Source of the DNA: Candidatus Caldarchaeum sp.
GTDB taxonomy: Archaea; Thermoproteota; Nitrososphaeria_A; Caldarchaeales; Caldarchaeaceae
NCBI GenBank assembly: GCA_038740895.1
Contig: JAVYLK010000003.1
Location: 19,820 to 83,819 of the forward strand
Reading direction: 5' to 3'
Length of the DNA stretch: 64,000 bases
Below the pieces are notes generated by a model. It made no database searches. It was not told the DNA's origin and saw nothing but the letters and a program-made list of their open reading frames with translations. Position 1 is the first letter of the stretch, and each line of letters starts with the position of its first letter. A program made the position numbers and the translations under genes. This document shows, one piece after another, positions 1-9,966 of the stretch.

Positions 1-13
1 CTTCATACTAACC

Positions 14-307
14 ATGGTCTTCGCCATCCTGGTCTATGGGCTTCTCAGAGAGCTCAGCCTCGGAATATTCAGAAGGTTCTTTAAAATCTTAATAGCCGCC
101 GCCCTAGTTTCCATAGCGGGGAGGGGGGCTGCGCTGCTCAACCTAAGCGCCAGAGTGTCATTTCTACCCGTTGGTCTCGAGACCCTTTCAGGTTTGCTAT
201 TCTTCGTGCTGTTGACGGCAGCGTTCTGGCAGCTGCTTCGGGACTGGAAGAAGCTTTCTCTCGACAGGCCTGCGAATAGAGTGGGCAGGGATGAAGCTCG
301 GAATTGA
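14..307 (+). CDS. hypothetical small membrane protein
   Basis: 97 aa ORF with hydrophobic stretches and no recognisable motif; overlaps the start of the next gene by 17 nt. Confidence 0.3.
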   Translation: MVFAILVYGLLRELSLGIFRRFFKILIAAALVSIAGRGAALLNLSARVSFLPVGLETLSGLLFFVLLTAAFWQLLRDWKKLSLDRPANRVGRDEARN

Positions 308-974
308 GGAAGTTCTATCGCTTCTTAACTCAAAAACCGGCTCGTTGATAATCACGGGCCCAAACGGCGTCGGCAAGACTCTTCTCTCGATTCAAGCAAC
401 TGACCGAGCTCTGAAGAGAGGTACAAAGTGCGTCTATGCATTAACAACCATGGCACCCCGCACGTTCTTGGACATGGCTAAGTTCATATCGGTAGACTTC
501 TCCGACAGCTTAGAAAATAATTCGCTGGTGTTGGTTGACTGCCACACTGGTGGGGAGGAATCATCCCCAGCAAAGTTCAGCGTCAGCCCCGAGGCCAGCC
601 TTCTTCAGATCCGTCAAACCTTCCTAGAGGCTGCAGAATTCTCTCAAAACTATCTACTAGTCGTGGACGACCTCAGCACGCTGCTCGCCTACGTCCCCTC
701 CGAGACCGCCTTCAAGTTCTACCAAGGCGTGGCTTCCGACCTAAGACGAAACAAAGCCACAGGAATCTCCGTAATCGTGCCCGAGATCCTCGACCAAAAA
801 CTGACAAACCTACTCTACTCTCTGTCAGACGGAGTCGTTGAAATGACTCTAGAGGACATGGGTGGAAACCTCCGAAGGTTCATGAGGATAAGATTCATGC
901 GAGGAGTCAAACACCTCGCAGAATGGAGCGAGTTCCAGATAGGCGAACACGGCCTAGAAATAATAACCTACTGA
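291..974 (+). CDS. KaiC/RadA-like RecA-superfamily ATPase
   Basis: Walker A GPNGVGKT and Walker B-like LLVVDDLS; 227 aa single RecA-like domain, typical of archaeal KaiC-like ATPases. Confidence 0.6.
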   Translation: MKLGIEEVLSLLNSKTGSLIITGPNGVGKTLLSIQATDRALKRGTKCVYALTTMAPRTFLDMAKFISVDFSDSLENNSLVLVDCHTGGEESSPAKFSVSPEASLLQIRQTFLEAAEFSQNYLLVVDDLSTLLAYVPSETAFKFYQGVASDLRRNKATGISVIVPEILDQKLTNLLYSLSDGVVEMTLEDMGGNLRRFMRIRFMRGVKHLAEWSEFQIGEHGLEIITY

Positions 975-1135
975 GCGAACATACTAGAGTGAAGCGGGGG
1001 TGGCGCCGGTTGGTCTAAGTATTGCGCTGGATGGTTTGTCTCCTTCCCCGTTCTCGGGCGAAGAATCACGGCCCTTCATGCATTCTGAGTAATTCTGTCC
1101 TCGGAACCACTCACGCCAGTCTCCGCTATAACAGA

Positions 1136-1152
1136 TGAAACACTATATATCT
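1136..1152 (+). promoter_or_regulatory. BRE/TATA promoter for a leaderless aldehyde dehydrogenase transcript
   Basis: Purine-rich BRE-like gaaacac followed by tatatat about 25 bp upstream of the ATG at 1173, in an otherwise GC-rich context. Confidence 0.4.
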
Positions 1153-1172
1153 CCGGACATTTTACAAAATTT

Positions 1173-2615
1173 ATGAAAATCCTGCCGAACTTCGTGGACA
1201 ACGAATTCACCACCCCACAGACAGCAGAAAATCTTCCAGTGAAAAACCCAGCTTTCGACACGATAATCTCCTACGCCCCCATCACGCCTGAAACCGAAGT
1301 CGAAAAAGCCGTCGAATCGAGTGTGAAAGCCTTCGAAAAATTCCGCAAAACAACTCCATCCGACCGTGTTCAGTATCTGATGAAGATTAGGGAGTATTTG
1401 GAGAGGGACACAGATGTTCTCGCACGTGTTCTAGTCGAAAATCATGGACGAACGTATTCCGAAGGCGTTGGAGAGGTGAGGAGAAGCTTGGAGAACGTGG
1501 AGGCGGCTGCTGCGATAGCTTACACGCTTGCGAAAGGCGAGAAAATGGTAAACATCTCGCCCGACATAGACCAAGAACTCATCCGAGAGCCTCTTGGCTG
1601 TTTCGCCGTCATAACGCCTTTCAACATCCCGCTTCACGCATGGTCATCCTACGTTCCCTACGCAATCGCCGTCGGAGCAACTGTCGTGCTAAAGCCCAGC
1701 GAAATAACACCCATGGTGGCCAACGAGGTGGCCCGGATAATGAAGGAAGCAGGCGTTCCTCCGGGAGTGATGAACATAATTCATGGTGACGGCCGAGTCG
1801 CTGAAAAACTCGTCAAACATCCCGATGTTCAGGGTGTTGGGTTTATCGGCTCAACCCGCACAGGCAAAATGCTCTACGAGTTGATTGCGAAAGAAGGTAA
1901 ACGGGCCTCGATAAACGCCGGCGCGAAAAACCACATAGTCGTGATGAAAGACGCTGACCTGATAAAAACTACGGAAGCCGTCGTTTCATCGTTTTTCGGA
2001 ATGTCTGGACAGAGGTGTCTGGCGGGCTCCAACCTCGTCGTGGTAGACGGCGCCGAACAAGTGGTCGGCCTAGTGGCCTCGAAATCCCGTCTCAGACTGG
2101 GATACGGCATGGAAAAAGATACGGAAATGGGCCCGATGGCTTCTAGACAAGGCCTTGAAAAAGCTCTCAAATACATCGAAGTCGGTGAAAAATACGGCCA
2201 GATCCTCGTCGACGGCCGACAGAACAAGCCAGCAAAACCTCTCGACGGCTATTTCGTCGGGCCAACCGTGTTCAAAGACGTTCCACCTAATTCGCCTCTT
2301 GCGAAAGAGGAGATCTTCGGCCCGGTCGCTGCTATTCTTTCAGTTGAAAACGTTGACGCAGCCATCGACCTCATAAACAAAAACACGCCCTACGGAAACG
2401 CTGCGTCGATTTTTACATCCAACCCGAGAATAGCTCGGCATTTCGTCCTAAATGTGAACGTCGGCAACGTCGGCGTGAACATCGGCGTTCCACAGCCTAT
2501 GGCGTATTTCCCGCTGGGCGGGAGAAAGATGTCGTTCTTCGGCACTGCTCACAGCCGAGTCGACACATTGAGATTCTTTACCGACCACAAAATCGTGACG
2601 ACGAGGTGGTGGTGA
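1173..2615 (+). CDS. NAD-dependent aldehyde dehydrogenase (methylmalonate-semialdehyde dehydrogenase-like)
   Basis: 480 aa ALDH fold; catalytic Cys in GQRCLAG, Rossmann-type GSTRTGK, and FNIPLHAW. The GQRC context is typical of CoA-acylating MMSDH-type enzymes. Confidence 0.8.
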   Translation: MKILPNFVDNEFTTPQTAENLPVKNPAFDTIISYAPITPETEVEKAVESSVKAFEKFRKTTPSDRVQYLMKIREYLERDTDVLARVLVENHGRTYSEGVGEVRRSLENVEAAAAIAYTLAKGEKMVNISPDIDQELIREPLGCFAVITPFNIPLHAWSSYVPYAIAVGATVVLKPSEITPMVANEVARIMKEAGVPPGVMNIIHGDGRVAEKLVKHPDVQGVGFIGSTRTGKMLYELIAKEGKRASINAGAKNHIVVMKDADLIKTTEAVVSSFFGMSGQRCLAGSNLVVVDGAEQVVGLVASKSRLRLGYGMEKDTEMGPMASRQGLEKALKYIEVGEKYGQILVDGRQNKPAKPLDGYFVGPTVFKDVPPNSPLAKEEIFGPVAAILSVENVDAAIDLINKNTPYGNAASIFTSNPRIARHFVLNVNVGNVGVNIGVPQPMAYFPLGGRKMSFFGTAHSRVDTLRFFTDHKIVTTRWW

Positions 2616-3220
2616 TGGAAATCGCGCCCGGCGTTTCAATCCGGAAAGTCTTCGTATTCGTAGAAGAAACATTCATCGAAAACGGAAAAAAACTAAGCAA
2701 ACCTGTTCGGAAGAGCGCAGCAGCGGCTGTTATAAAGAACCCGTACGCAGGACGCTACGTAGACGACCTGCAGGTTTTGATTGACGCTGGTGATTTTCTA
2801 GGCGGGTTTTTGGGGAGGAGGGCTCGGGAAGCTCTGAACATCGCTCCAGCTGAGGTTGAAAGCTACGGAAAGGCCGCTGTCATCGGAACCGCTGGCGAAC
2901 TCGAGCACGGCCACGCCATCCTGCATCCAAAGTTTGGAAGAGGGTTGCGGGAAGAATCCGGGGGACAAGAAGTCTGCAAAGCCATCATTCCATCGGCTGC
3001 TAAGGTCGGCGGACCCGGCACTGCCATCGACGTCCCACTCCACTACAAACGAGCTGCTTTCGTCAGAAGCCATTACGACGCCGTCGAAGTTCGGACACCC
3101 GACGCACCTCTGCCAGATGAAATTATCGTCATCGCGGCAGTGACAGATTCAGGCAGGCCTCTTCCGAGGATAGGTGGTCTGAAGAAAGAAGAAGTGAAAG
3201 GGGAAGACGGTCTCCGTTAG
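2615..3220 (+). CDS. DUF1185 (amino-acid synthesis family, PF06684-like) protein
   Basis: MEIAPGVSIRKVFVFVEETFIENGK...AAAVIKNPYAGRYVDD matches the DUF1185 N-terminal pattern. Start placed at the ATG overlapping the ALDH stop (TGATG). Confidence 0.5.
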   Translation: MEIAPGVSIRKVFVFVEETFIENGKKLSKPVRKSAAAAVIKNPYAGRYVDDLQVLIDAGDFLGGFLGRRAREALNIAPAEVESYGKAAVIGTAGELEHGHAILHPKFGRGLREESGGQEVCKAIIPSAAKVGGPGTAIDVPLHYKRAAFVRSHYDAVEVRTPDAPLPDEIIVIAAVTDSGRPLPRIGGLKKEEVKGEDGLR

Positions 3221-4179
3221 AAGAACCATGAAAATATTTTTCTCTTTATGAAGTCCGCTATGCCGTTTCTGAAGAAAGCGAGCAACAGGATTAGTGTCAA
3301 CCCGTAGAGAACCTGCGTCAAAGGCCCGAGGAATCTCAGCGCCTCGTTTACGACAGCTATGATGGCTGAGCCGATGTGGGGCCCGAGAAGAGTTGCTCTT
3401 CCTCCGAGAATGACTATTATCTGGGCGGGGATGTCGAGCGATGAGAAAGCGAAGTAGGATGGTGCGATGAGCTGTGAAAACAGGCCGTACTGTGCTCCCG
3501 TGAAGCCGAGAAAAGCCGAGGAAAACAAAGCCGTCAAAGTCTTCACCCTCGAGACGTTTATTCCTACGAGCTCAGCGCTAACTTCTTCATCTGTTATGCA
3601 TCTGTACGCGTATCCCGTTCTAGTGTAGAACAATAGATAGTACGCTATCGCCGTCGCCGCCAAAACAGTCAAGGTGGCCACATAATAGTAGCGGAGGTTG
3701 TATGGAAGAGCGTCCAAAGGACCGAGGCTGACACCTCTGATTCTGAACCCTGTTTCGCCTCCCGTGACGTTAGCGAGTCCGATTACCAAGTTGTTGAAGA
3801 CAAGAGTGATCGCAAGCGTGAATATTCCAGTGAATATGACGACGAGTTTTCTTCTTACGGATAGGTAGCTGACAACCCATCCTATAGCCCCCACCACAGC
3901 AGTCGACAGAAGTACAGCTTCAACCGAGCCCATCAAGCCATCACGGATGGAAATGCCGGTGATGTATGCTCCGATCCCGATGAAAGCGCCTACACAGAGG
4001 AAGAGCTGGCGCGTGTAGCCGAACAGAAAGTTGAAGCCGTAAGCGAAGGCTGTGAAGAAAGCCATCTGAGAGAGAATGAAGATGACATACGGCGTGTTGA
4101 CGAAGACGAGTGGAACAAGTCCGTAGATGACCGCAAGCATGATTAAGGCGATGAGCCTGGTGCTCTCTGCTCTCACCAT
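3217..4179 (-). CDS. Liv-type (branched-chain amino acid/amide family) ABC transporter permease, LivM-like
   Basis: 320 aa polytopic membrane protein, last gene of the 5-gene minus-strand ABC operon; overlaps the upstream permease by 7 nt. Confidence 0.75.
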   Translation of the reverse strand: MVRAESTRLIALIMLAVIYGLVPLVFVNTPYVIFILSQMAFFTAFAYGFNFLFGYTRQLFLCVGAFIGIGAYITGISIRDGLMGSVEAVLLSTAVVGAIGWVVSYLSVRRKLVVIFTGIFTLAITLVFNNLVIGLANVTGGETGFRIRGVSLGPLDALPYNLRYYYVATLTVLAATAIAYYLLFYTRTGYAYRCITDEEVSAELVGINVSRVKTLTALFSSAFLGFTGAQYGLFSQLIAPSYFAFSSLDIPAQIIVILGGRATLLGPHIGSAIIAVVNEALRFLGPLTQVLYGLTLILLLAFFRNGIADFIKRKIFSWFF

Positions 4180-5045
4180 CTTTCACCCACGATTCCGTAA
4201 GGCTTGATGAGTATCAGAATAATGATGAAAATCAGCAACGCGACGTATGCGAGATATGTTCCGATGAAGACGACTAGGAAGGTGTAGACGACGCCGATGA
4301 CGAGGCCTGCGACGATTGTCCCGTAGACGCTGCGGATGCCCCCCAAGACGGTGACGAGAAGCCCGAGAATCGTGAATTCTATGCCGCTTTCAGGCGCAAC
4401 TGTTGCGACAACGCTTCTGATGATACCAGCCAAGCTTACGAGAAACGCGCCGAGAAGGAAAACCAGCAAACGGTATCTTTTCACGCTGACTCCAACAATC
4501 AACGCACCTGTTTCGTTCTGTGTGAGAGACCGGATGGCCATACCGTTCCAAGTCTTTTTGAGGAAAAGATAGACGCCTATCAGGATGGCTGCCGAAGCGA
4601 CGCCAGTTGCGATTTGAGCCGTTCTCACCGTCAAACCCATGAAATCAACAGTGGCTACTGGAAGGTTTATCGTCAAAAAAGCAAGCGGAAAACTCGTAAT
4701 CAACGCGCCGTGAACTAGAATCGAGAAAGAAAGAGTCATGTATAGGCCGAGCAGTACTCTTTCCTCTCCCTCGAGGAGGTAAACGGGTCTAAGGAGTATT
4801 TTTTCGAGGAAGGCTGCGGTGCCCATAGTGAGGAGAATTCCTGCGACAAGAGCCAGTGGAAGTGGAAAGTTGAATGCTTGAAGCAGGACTGCTGTTCCGA
4901 CTGTGCAGATGACGAGAAGCTCTCCATGAGCTAGGTTCAGAACGCCAGCCAACCCGTAGATCAGCGTAAGACCCGCGGCGATAAGCGACAGAATCAACCC
5001 GAAGACAACACCGTCGAGGAAAAACAGCAGAAAATTTGCGTCCAT
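4173..5045 (-). CDS. Liv-type ABC transporter permease, LivH-like
   Basis: 290 aa, about 8 TM segments; follows the ATPase gene with a 1 nt gap. Confidence 0.75.
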   Translation of the reverse strand: MDANFLLFFLDGVVFGLILSLIAAGLTLIYGLAGVLNLAHGELLVICTVGTAVLLQAFNFPLPLALVAGILLTMGTAAFLEKILLRPVYLLEGEERVLLGLYMTLSFSILVHGALITSFPLAFLTINLPVATVDFMGLTVRTAQIATGVASAAILIGVYLFLKKTWNGMAIRSLTQNETGALIVGVSVKRYRLLVFLLGAFLVSLAGIIRSVVATVAPESGIEFTILGLLVTVLGGIRSVYGTIVAGLVIGVVYTFLVVFIGTYLAYVALLIFIIILILIKPYGIVGERW

Positions 5046-5046
5046 G

Positions 5047-5790
5047 CTACATTCCCAAGTATTTTTTCACAAACGCTTGAGCGTTCAAGCCCCCCTCGAT
5101 GTCGCCTTCGAAAACTACTCTACCGTTGGACATAATGTATCCACGGTCGCTGAGGTCGGCGGCCTGAGCCGTTCTCTGCTCAACCAATAGAATCGACATC
5201 TCGGATTTATTTTCCATCAGCTTTCGCAGCCCTTCGAAAATGTTTTTGACGAGAAGGGGAGAGAGTCCCGTGGAAGGCTCGTCCAGAAGAAGAAGCTTCG
5301 AATCCGTCATCAAGGCTCGGCCGATTGCAAGCATCTGTTGCTCGCCTCCGCTCATAGTGCCGGCCCTCTGAAGCTGTCTCTCCCTGAGCTTGGGAAAAAT
5401 GCTGAAAACGAGCGCCAAATTTTCGTCAAGCTTTCTCCGAGCACGTTTGTTGAAAGCTCCTAGAAGAAGGTTCTCCCTCACAGTCATCAACGGGAAAAGC
5501 TCCTTTTCGGCCAAAGCAAGTGCAACGCCTTCCTCAACTATTTTCTCCGGAGGCAATCCGTCAATTCTTTTTCCATCAAGCTGAATGCTGCCTTTCCGAG
5601 GTTTTAGAAGCCCGGCGATTGCTTTGAGGAGAGTTGTTTTTCCAGCGCCGTTTGGCCCAAGAACCGCTACGACTTCGCCTCTGTCAACTTCGATGGAGAC
5701 GTTCCACAAAACCTGGATATCGCCGTAACCAGCCTCCAAACTATCCACTTTTAGAAGGCTCGACAACTTTTTCACCCAGATAAGCCTCAA
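5047..5790 (-). CDS. ABC transporter ATP-binding protein, LivF-like
   Basis: Walker A GPNGAGKTT, ABC signature SGGEQQ, Walker B LLLLDEPSTGL. Confidence 0.8.
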   Translation of the reverse strand: MRLIWVKKLSSLLKVDSLEAGYGDIQVLWNVSIEVDRGEVVAVLGPNGAGKTTLLKAIAGLLKPRKGSIQLDGKRIDGLPPEKIVEEGVALALAEKELFPLMTVRENLLLGAFNKRARRKLDENLALVFSIFPKLRERQLQRAGTMSGGEQQMLAIGRALMTDSKLLLLDEPSTGLSPLLVKNIFEGLRKLMENKSEMSILLVEQRTAQAADLSDRGYIMSNGRVVFEGDIEGGLNAQAFVKKYLGM

Positions 5791-6487
5791 TCACTTCTTG
5801 ATCTGAAACTATTTCCTCTGGCTTGCCTTCGGCGATTTTAGCCCCCTGGTTGAGCACGGAAACCTTGTCGGCGAGAGAAGAAACAGCGCTGATGACGTGT
5901 TCAACCCAGATGATTGTCAACCCATATTCTCTACGAATGTTCTTGAACAAGTCGACTGCGTCCTCTACTTCTGCGGTGTTCAGGCCGCTCATGTATTCGT
6001 CGACCATCAAGAGTTTAGGCTTTGAAGCTAAGGCCCGTGCGAGCTCGACTTTTTTCCGCTCCTGCAGATTGAGAACACCTGCTTTCATGTTTGCTTTCTC
6101 AGTCAGCTGAAGCTTTTCGAGGAGAGATGTCGCATGGTTTTCGAGCTCATGCCGCGGAATTCGGTTGCTGAAAAGACCTCCGACGTAGACGTTCTCCCAA
6201 ACGGTCAACTCTTTAAAAGGCCGTGGAATCTGAAGCGTTCTACCAACGCCGAGCTTGAAGACTTCGTGGGCCGGCTTGTCCGTGATGTCGTGGTTGTCGA
6301 AGAAAACTTTTCCCGAGGTCGGCTTTAACACGCCGTTGATGATGTTGAAAAGAGTTGTTTTTCCCGCTCCGTTGGGGCCGATAATAGCGCGGATCTCGTT
6401 CTCTTCGACTTCAAGGTTAACATTCTTCAAAGCAGGCAGGCCGCCGAAATACTTTGTCACGTCTATGCATCTAACTAGTGTCGTCAA
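5741..6487 (-). CDS. ABC transporter ATP-binding protein, LivG-like
   Basis: Walker A GPNGAGKTT, LSGG-like MSGLN, Walker B LLMVDEYMSGL; its 3' end overlaps the livF-like gene by 50 nt. Confidence 0.8.
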   Translation of the reverse strand: MTTLVRCIDVTKYFGGLPALKNVNLEVEENEIRAIIGPNGAGKTTLFNIINGVLKPTSGKVFFDNHDITDKPAHEVFKLGVGRTLQIPRPFKELTVWENVYVGGLFSNRIPRHELENHATSLLEKLQLTEKANMKAGVLNLQERKKVELARALASKPKLLMVDEYMSGLNTAEVEDAVDLFKNIRREYGLTIIWVEHVISAVSSLADKVSVLNQGAKIAEGKPEEIVSDQEVIEAYLGEKVVEPSKSG

Positions 6488-6539
6488 CCCCTACCCTCAC
6501 CGAAAAACAAAATAAAAGAGATGATGTAGATTTGGTTTT

Positions 6540-7757
6540 CTATTTTTGAGGGACATAGGGTTGGACGGGCGGAGAAGTGTAGAGGGTTTCGACGACCCAG
6601 TTGGCGCCAGGGTTCACTGGTCCTGGGGAGCCGCGCTTGATCACAGCTAGCCTCATGGCGGGTTTCTTAATCTCACCCCACTCCGTGTAGGAAAGAGGCC
6701 ACGCGAAGATCGGATGGCTGAACTCGCTAGTTCGAATGTGGTTTGCGACCGTTGAGGGGTCTGTCGAACGGGTTTTTTCGACGGCGTCAACAATAGCCAA
6801 AACGGTCACATAGCCAGAGACAGCGTTGTGGTCGAAGTATCTTCCGTATTTCTGGTAGAATTTAACGGCGAGGTCTCGGTACTCTGGCGTCTCGGTCTTA
6901 ATGCAGGTCGTCGTCACAAGCTTGTCGAGCCCGATTTCACCAACGCCTCTGAGCATCAGCTCGGGCGGCTGCACGGACGCGATGTAGTAGGCCGAGGGAA
7001 ATCCAAGCTCTATCGCCTGCTTGGTTATCGTTGGGAATCCCGGTGGATGACCCGTCAGGATCATCAGTTCAGGCTGAAGAGGCTGGATCTTGCGTAGTAC
7101 TGTTGTGAAGTCTGTTTCACCCAACGGAGTCTCCTCTATCTGAAACTGGAGGTTGGGAATTTCCTTTAGTCTTTTTTCAAGCACTTCTTTGATGGCGAAA
7201 CCCCATTCATAGCTGGCGATGATTACTCCGACACGCCGGTATCCACTGTCTTTGACGAAGTTGGCGAGAAGCTCGCCGTTGGTTGGCGCAGGAGGCAGAC
7301 AGGTTCTGAACGTGAAACGCGAATCCTTAGTCAGTATAGTGTGGGAGCCGGCTGCTATGAGGAACAACGGGACTTTGGTTTGCTCGGCTTCAGCTGTCAA
7401 GACTGCTCCGATGCCGCTGGAAATCGTGCCGACGACAGCCGTCACTTTGTCGATTTCAGCCATTCTCTTGAAGATGGACACAGCTTCTTTGGCGTCGTTC
7501 TTTTCATCCGCTTCGACAAGAACAACTTTTGCGCCGAGAACTCCTCCTTTTGAGTTGATTTCATCGACTGCGAACCTCATGCCGTCGAGTGTGTAGGCTC
7601 CGTATATCGCGAAAGGCCCGGTCAATGGCACTAGAGCACCTATTTTGACTTCGGAGACGCCGAGGCTTTGCTGCGAAAACAACAGAAAGGCTGTAGAAGC
7701 AAGGGCCGCGACGACGAGAGCGACAATCGCCACAACTACCGCTCTTTTCACGGGCAC
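6540..7757 (-). CDS. Liv-type periplasmic/extracellular substrate-binding protein with N-terminal membrane anchor
   Basis: 405 aa; N-terminal hydrophobic anchor AVVVAIVALVVAALA; type I periplasmic-binding fold segments such as GALVPLTGPFAIYG. First gene of the operon. Confidence 0.75.
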   Translation of the reverse strand: MPVKRAVVVAIVALVVAALASTAFLLFSQQSLGVSEVKIGALVPLTGPFAIYGAYTLDGMRFAVDEINSKGGVLGAKVVLVEADEKNDAKEAVSIFKRMAEIDKVTAVVGTISSGIGAVLTAEAEQTKVPLFLIAAGSHTILTKDSRFTFRTCLPPAPTNGELLANFVKDSGYRRVGVIIASYEWGFAIKEVLEKRLKEIPNLQFQIEETPLGETDFTTVLRKIQPLQPELMILTGHPPGFPTITKQAIELGFPSAYYIASVQPPELMLRGVGEIGLDKLVTTTCIKTETPEYRDLAVKFYQKYGRYFDHNAVSGYVTVLAIVDAVEKTRSTDPSTVANHIRTSEFSHPIFAWPLSYTEWGEIKKPAMRLAVIKRGSPGPVNPGANWVVETLYTSPPVQPYVPQK

Positions 7758-7792
7758 TGCCCTCTAAACACTCTAATTTAAATCTATATGTT

Positions 7793-8770
7793 TTAAATTG
7801 AAGGATAAAGTTCTTCCACGATCTGATGGAGTTGCTGCTTCTCGTAGGTGACAGGGTTCAAGACAATCCAGTCAACTCCTTCGAGTGATTTAACCCGTTC
7901 CCTGATTTTCGCAGCGATCTCCTCAACCGTTCCGTAGAGGTAGAAGTTTTTCCAGTAGTCGAGGTTCATGCCCGAATAAAGTGAGAATCGTTTGACGGCT
8001 TCGGCGTCGCTGTCTCCTGCTTTCTTCAAGTAGACGAAGTTGGAATAGATTTTAGTTATTTTGTACGGGTCCCTTCCAAGCTCAGTTGCGTATTTCTTAA
8101 CTTTCTCCCAGTCGTTGGTCGCCATCTGAGGCGTAGAGCTCGAATGCGGAATCCATCCGTCGGCGAACTTCGCAATACGGTAAAGAACTTTGTCGATTCC
8201 TTTCGCAGCTGCTCCGTAGAGAATTTCATGAGGCTGGCTCCCTCCGCCAATCCATATTGGAGGATGAGGTTTCTGTGAAGGTTTCGGCTCGAGAATTAGG
8301 TCTTTGACGGTGAAAAATTTGCCTTCGAACGTGATTTTGTCCTCTGTCCAGAGCTTTTTCAGCAGCTGGAGGTATTCATCCATGATCGCTCCGCGTTTTT
8401 CGAGAGGTGTGTTGAGGAGGTGGAATTCGTCGGGATTCCATCCCACGCCTGCGCCGAGAACAAACCTCCCACCAGAATACACGTCGAGAGAAGCAATCTG
8501 TTTGGCGACGATGTAGGGGTTTCTGAAAGGCAGCACCATTATCATGGGGCCCAGCAACGCTTTCTTCGTCGCGGCGGCTACTAACGACAGAGCGATCAAT
8601 GGGTCGTGCCAGCTAGTCGAATACGCAGGCCTTGAAGTGAGCAGATGGTCGATGACGAAAAATCCTTCAACCCCCATGCGTTCGGCTTCTGCGACGTAGT
8701 TTATCAGAGTCTCGCCGGATGAGAATTCTCCTGGCCTTGCGTAGGTTGGAAGACGAAGACCAAGCTTCAT
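7793..8770 (-). CDS. luciferase-like monooxygenase (LLM) family flavin/F420-dependent oxidoreductase
   Basis: 325 aa TIM-barrel LLM pattern (MKLGLRLP...FFVIDHLL...GGRFVLGAGVGW); start overlaps the amidohydrolase stop (ATGA). Confidence 0.7.
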   Translation of the reverse strand: MKLGLRLPTYARPGEFSSGETLINYVAEAERMGVEGFFVIDHLLTSRPAYSTSWHDPLIALSLVAAATKKALLGPMIMVLPFRNPYIVAKQIASLDVYSGGRFVLGAGVGWNPDEFHLLNTPLEKRGAIMDEYLQLLKKLWTEDKITFEGKFFTVKDLILEPKPSQKPHPPIWIGGGSQPHEILYGAAAKGIDKVLYRIAKFADGWIPHSSSTPQMATNDWEKVKKYATELGRDPYKITKIYSNFVYLKKAGDSDAEAVKRFSLYSGMNLDYWKNFYLYGTVEEIAAKIRERVKSLEGVDWIVLNPVTYEKQQLHQIVEELYPSI

Positions 8771-9954
8771 TAATGACCACCTTCGGGCATTTTCGCTTCT
8801 CCGCTGGTCTTTATTTGTTTCGAAGGAGGCGGGGTCATCCGGCTTCGGCCGACTCTAACCACTCCGTCTATCATGACCATGGCTATCCCAGGAATGTCGC
8901 CGACTGAGAAAGCTTCGACGGCGTCCCGCGCAACCGAGCCGTAGGGTGCGTCCATCACCACGAGGTCCGCTGGACGTCCAGGCTCCAGGACACCTTCTCT
9001 GAGTCCGAATGCTTTCGCCGTGTTTCCCGTGGCGGCTGAGACGATTTTCTCGGGCGCTATTCCTGCAGCCGAGGAGATGAAGGAAACGGTTCGGATGATG
9101 CCTAGAGGAATGACTCCTGTCCCGGAAGGCGAATCCGTTCCGATAATCAATCTATGCAGCTCGTTCCGCGATTCTAGAATTCTAACGGTATCTATCATGG
9201 ATTTGAAGTTGCCGCACTGGACTACTTCGATGGCCGCTTTTGTGTTTTCGATGATGGATCGGATGTCTGGAATTGATGGAGATGTCGGCCCTCCGTTGAT
9301 GTGTGAAACTACGTCGGGCTGAACCTTGAGCACGACTTGAGCGTTGATAATGGTGCTTCCCGGAATCGATGCTCCGCCTGTGTGAATGACGACTTTCATT
9401 CCATGTTTCTGAGCTAATCGGACGAGTGAAGCGGCTTCATCGGGGTCCTGAACTGTTCCAAGCCCGACTTCTCCGACAAGCCAGACGCCCTTCGAAACGA
9501 CTTCCTCGAAATCGCCTTCTACAAGTCCTTTCTCCAGCAGAAGAGCGCCTGCGTGAACTTTCGCGCCGAGAGGCCTGACGTTCTTGAATGTTTTGTGGGC
9601 CAGAACTGCGAGGGCTTTCGCAGCCTCCTTGTCTCCACGAGGTCTGCCAGGGAGATGAACCTCGCCAGCAGAGACAAACGAGGTGACTCCGCCGTTAACG
9701 TATGATTCTATGAATCCTATAGTGTTTTGGCGAGGGGTGAAATCGCCGAAAACGGGATGGACGTGTGAATCAAACAGGCCGGGAGCCACCGTCATCTGGC
9801 CGACGTCGAACACTCCGTCTGCCTGCCGGGAAATGTCCCAGTCTATTTCCTCTATTACGCCGTTGTTGATGTAGATGCTGTCGCCTTCTGCAAAAGGCTT
9901 ATCGAACTTACCTGAAAGAATTTTTCCCGCGTTCTTGACGAGTATTGTTTTCAT
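8770..9954 (-). CDS. metal-dependent amidohydrolase family protein
   Basis: 394 aa; metal-binding HxH in GLFDSHVHP; later conserved His and Asp in HTGG and GTDSPSG, as in the amidohydrolase superfamily. Confidence 0.7.
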   Translation of the reverse strand: MKTILVKNAGKILSGKFDKPFAEGDSIYINNGVIEEIDWDISRQADGVFDVGQMTVAPGLFDSHVHPVFGDFTPRQNTIGFIESYVNGGVTSFVSAGEVHLPGRPRGDKEAAKALAVLAHKTFKNVRPLGAKVHAGALLLEKGLVEGDFEEVVSKGVWLVGEVGLGTVQDPDEAASLVRLAQKHGMKVVIHTGGASIPGSTIINAQVVLKVQPDVVSHINGGPTSPSIPDIRSIIENTKAAIEVVQCGNFKSMIDTVRILESRNELHRLIIGTDSPSGTGVIPLGIIRTVSFISSAAGIAPEKIVSAATGNTAKAFGLREGVLEPGRPADLVVMDAPYGSVARDAVEAFSVGDIPGIAMVMIDGVVRVGRSRMTPPPSKQIKTSGEAKMPEGGH

Positions 9955-9966
9955 GTATTTCCCCCG

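Noticed and set aside
3941-4572. Antisense or same-region short ORFs inside the ABC permease genes (e.g. 3941-4186, 4336-4572) and many similar 60-130 aa ORFs inside other large genes
   Set aside because: They are embedded within strongly supported long CDSs on the opposite strand or frame and have biased Arg/Ser/Pro composition typical of GC-rich antisense frames.
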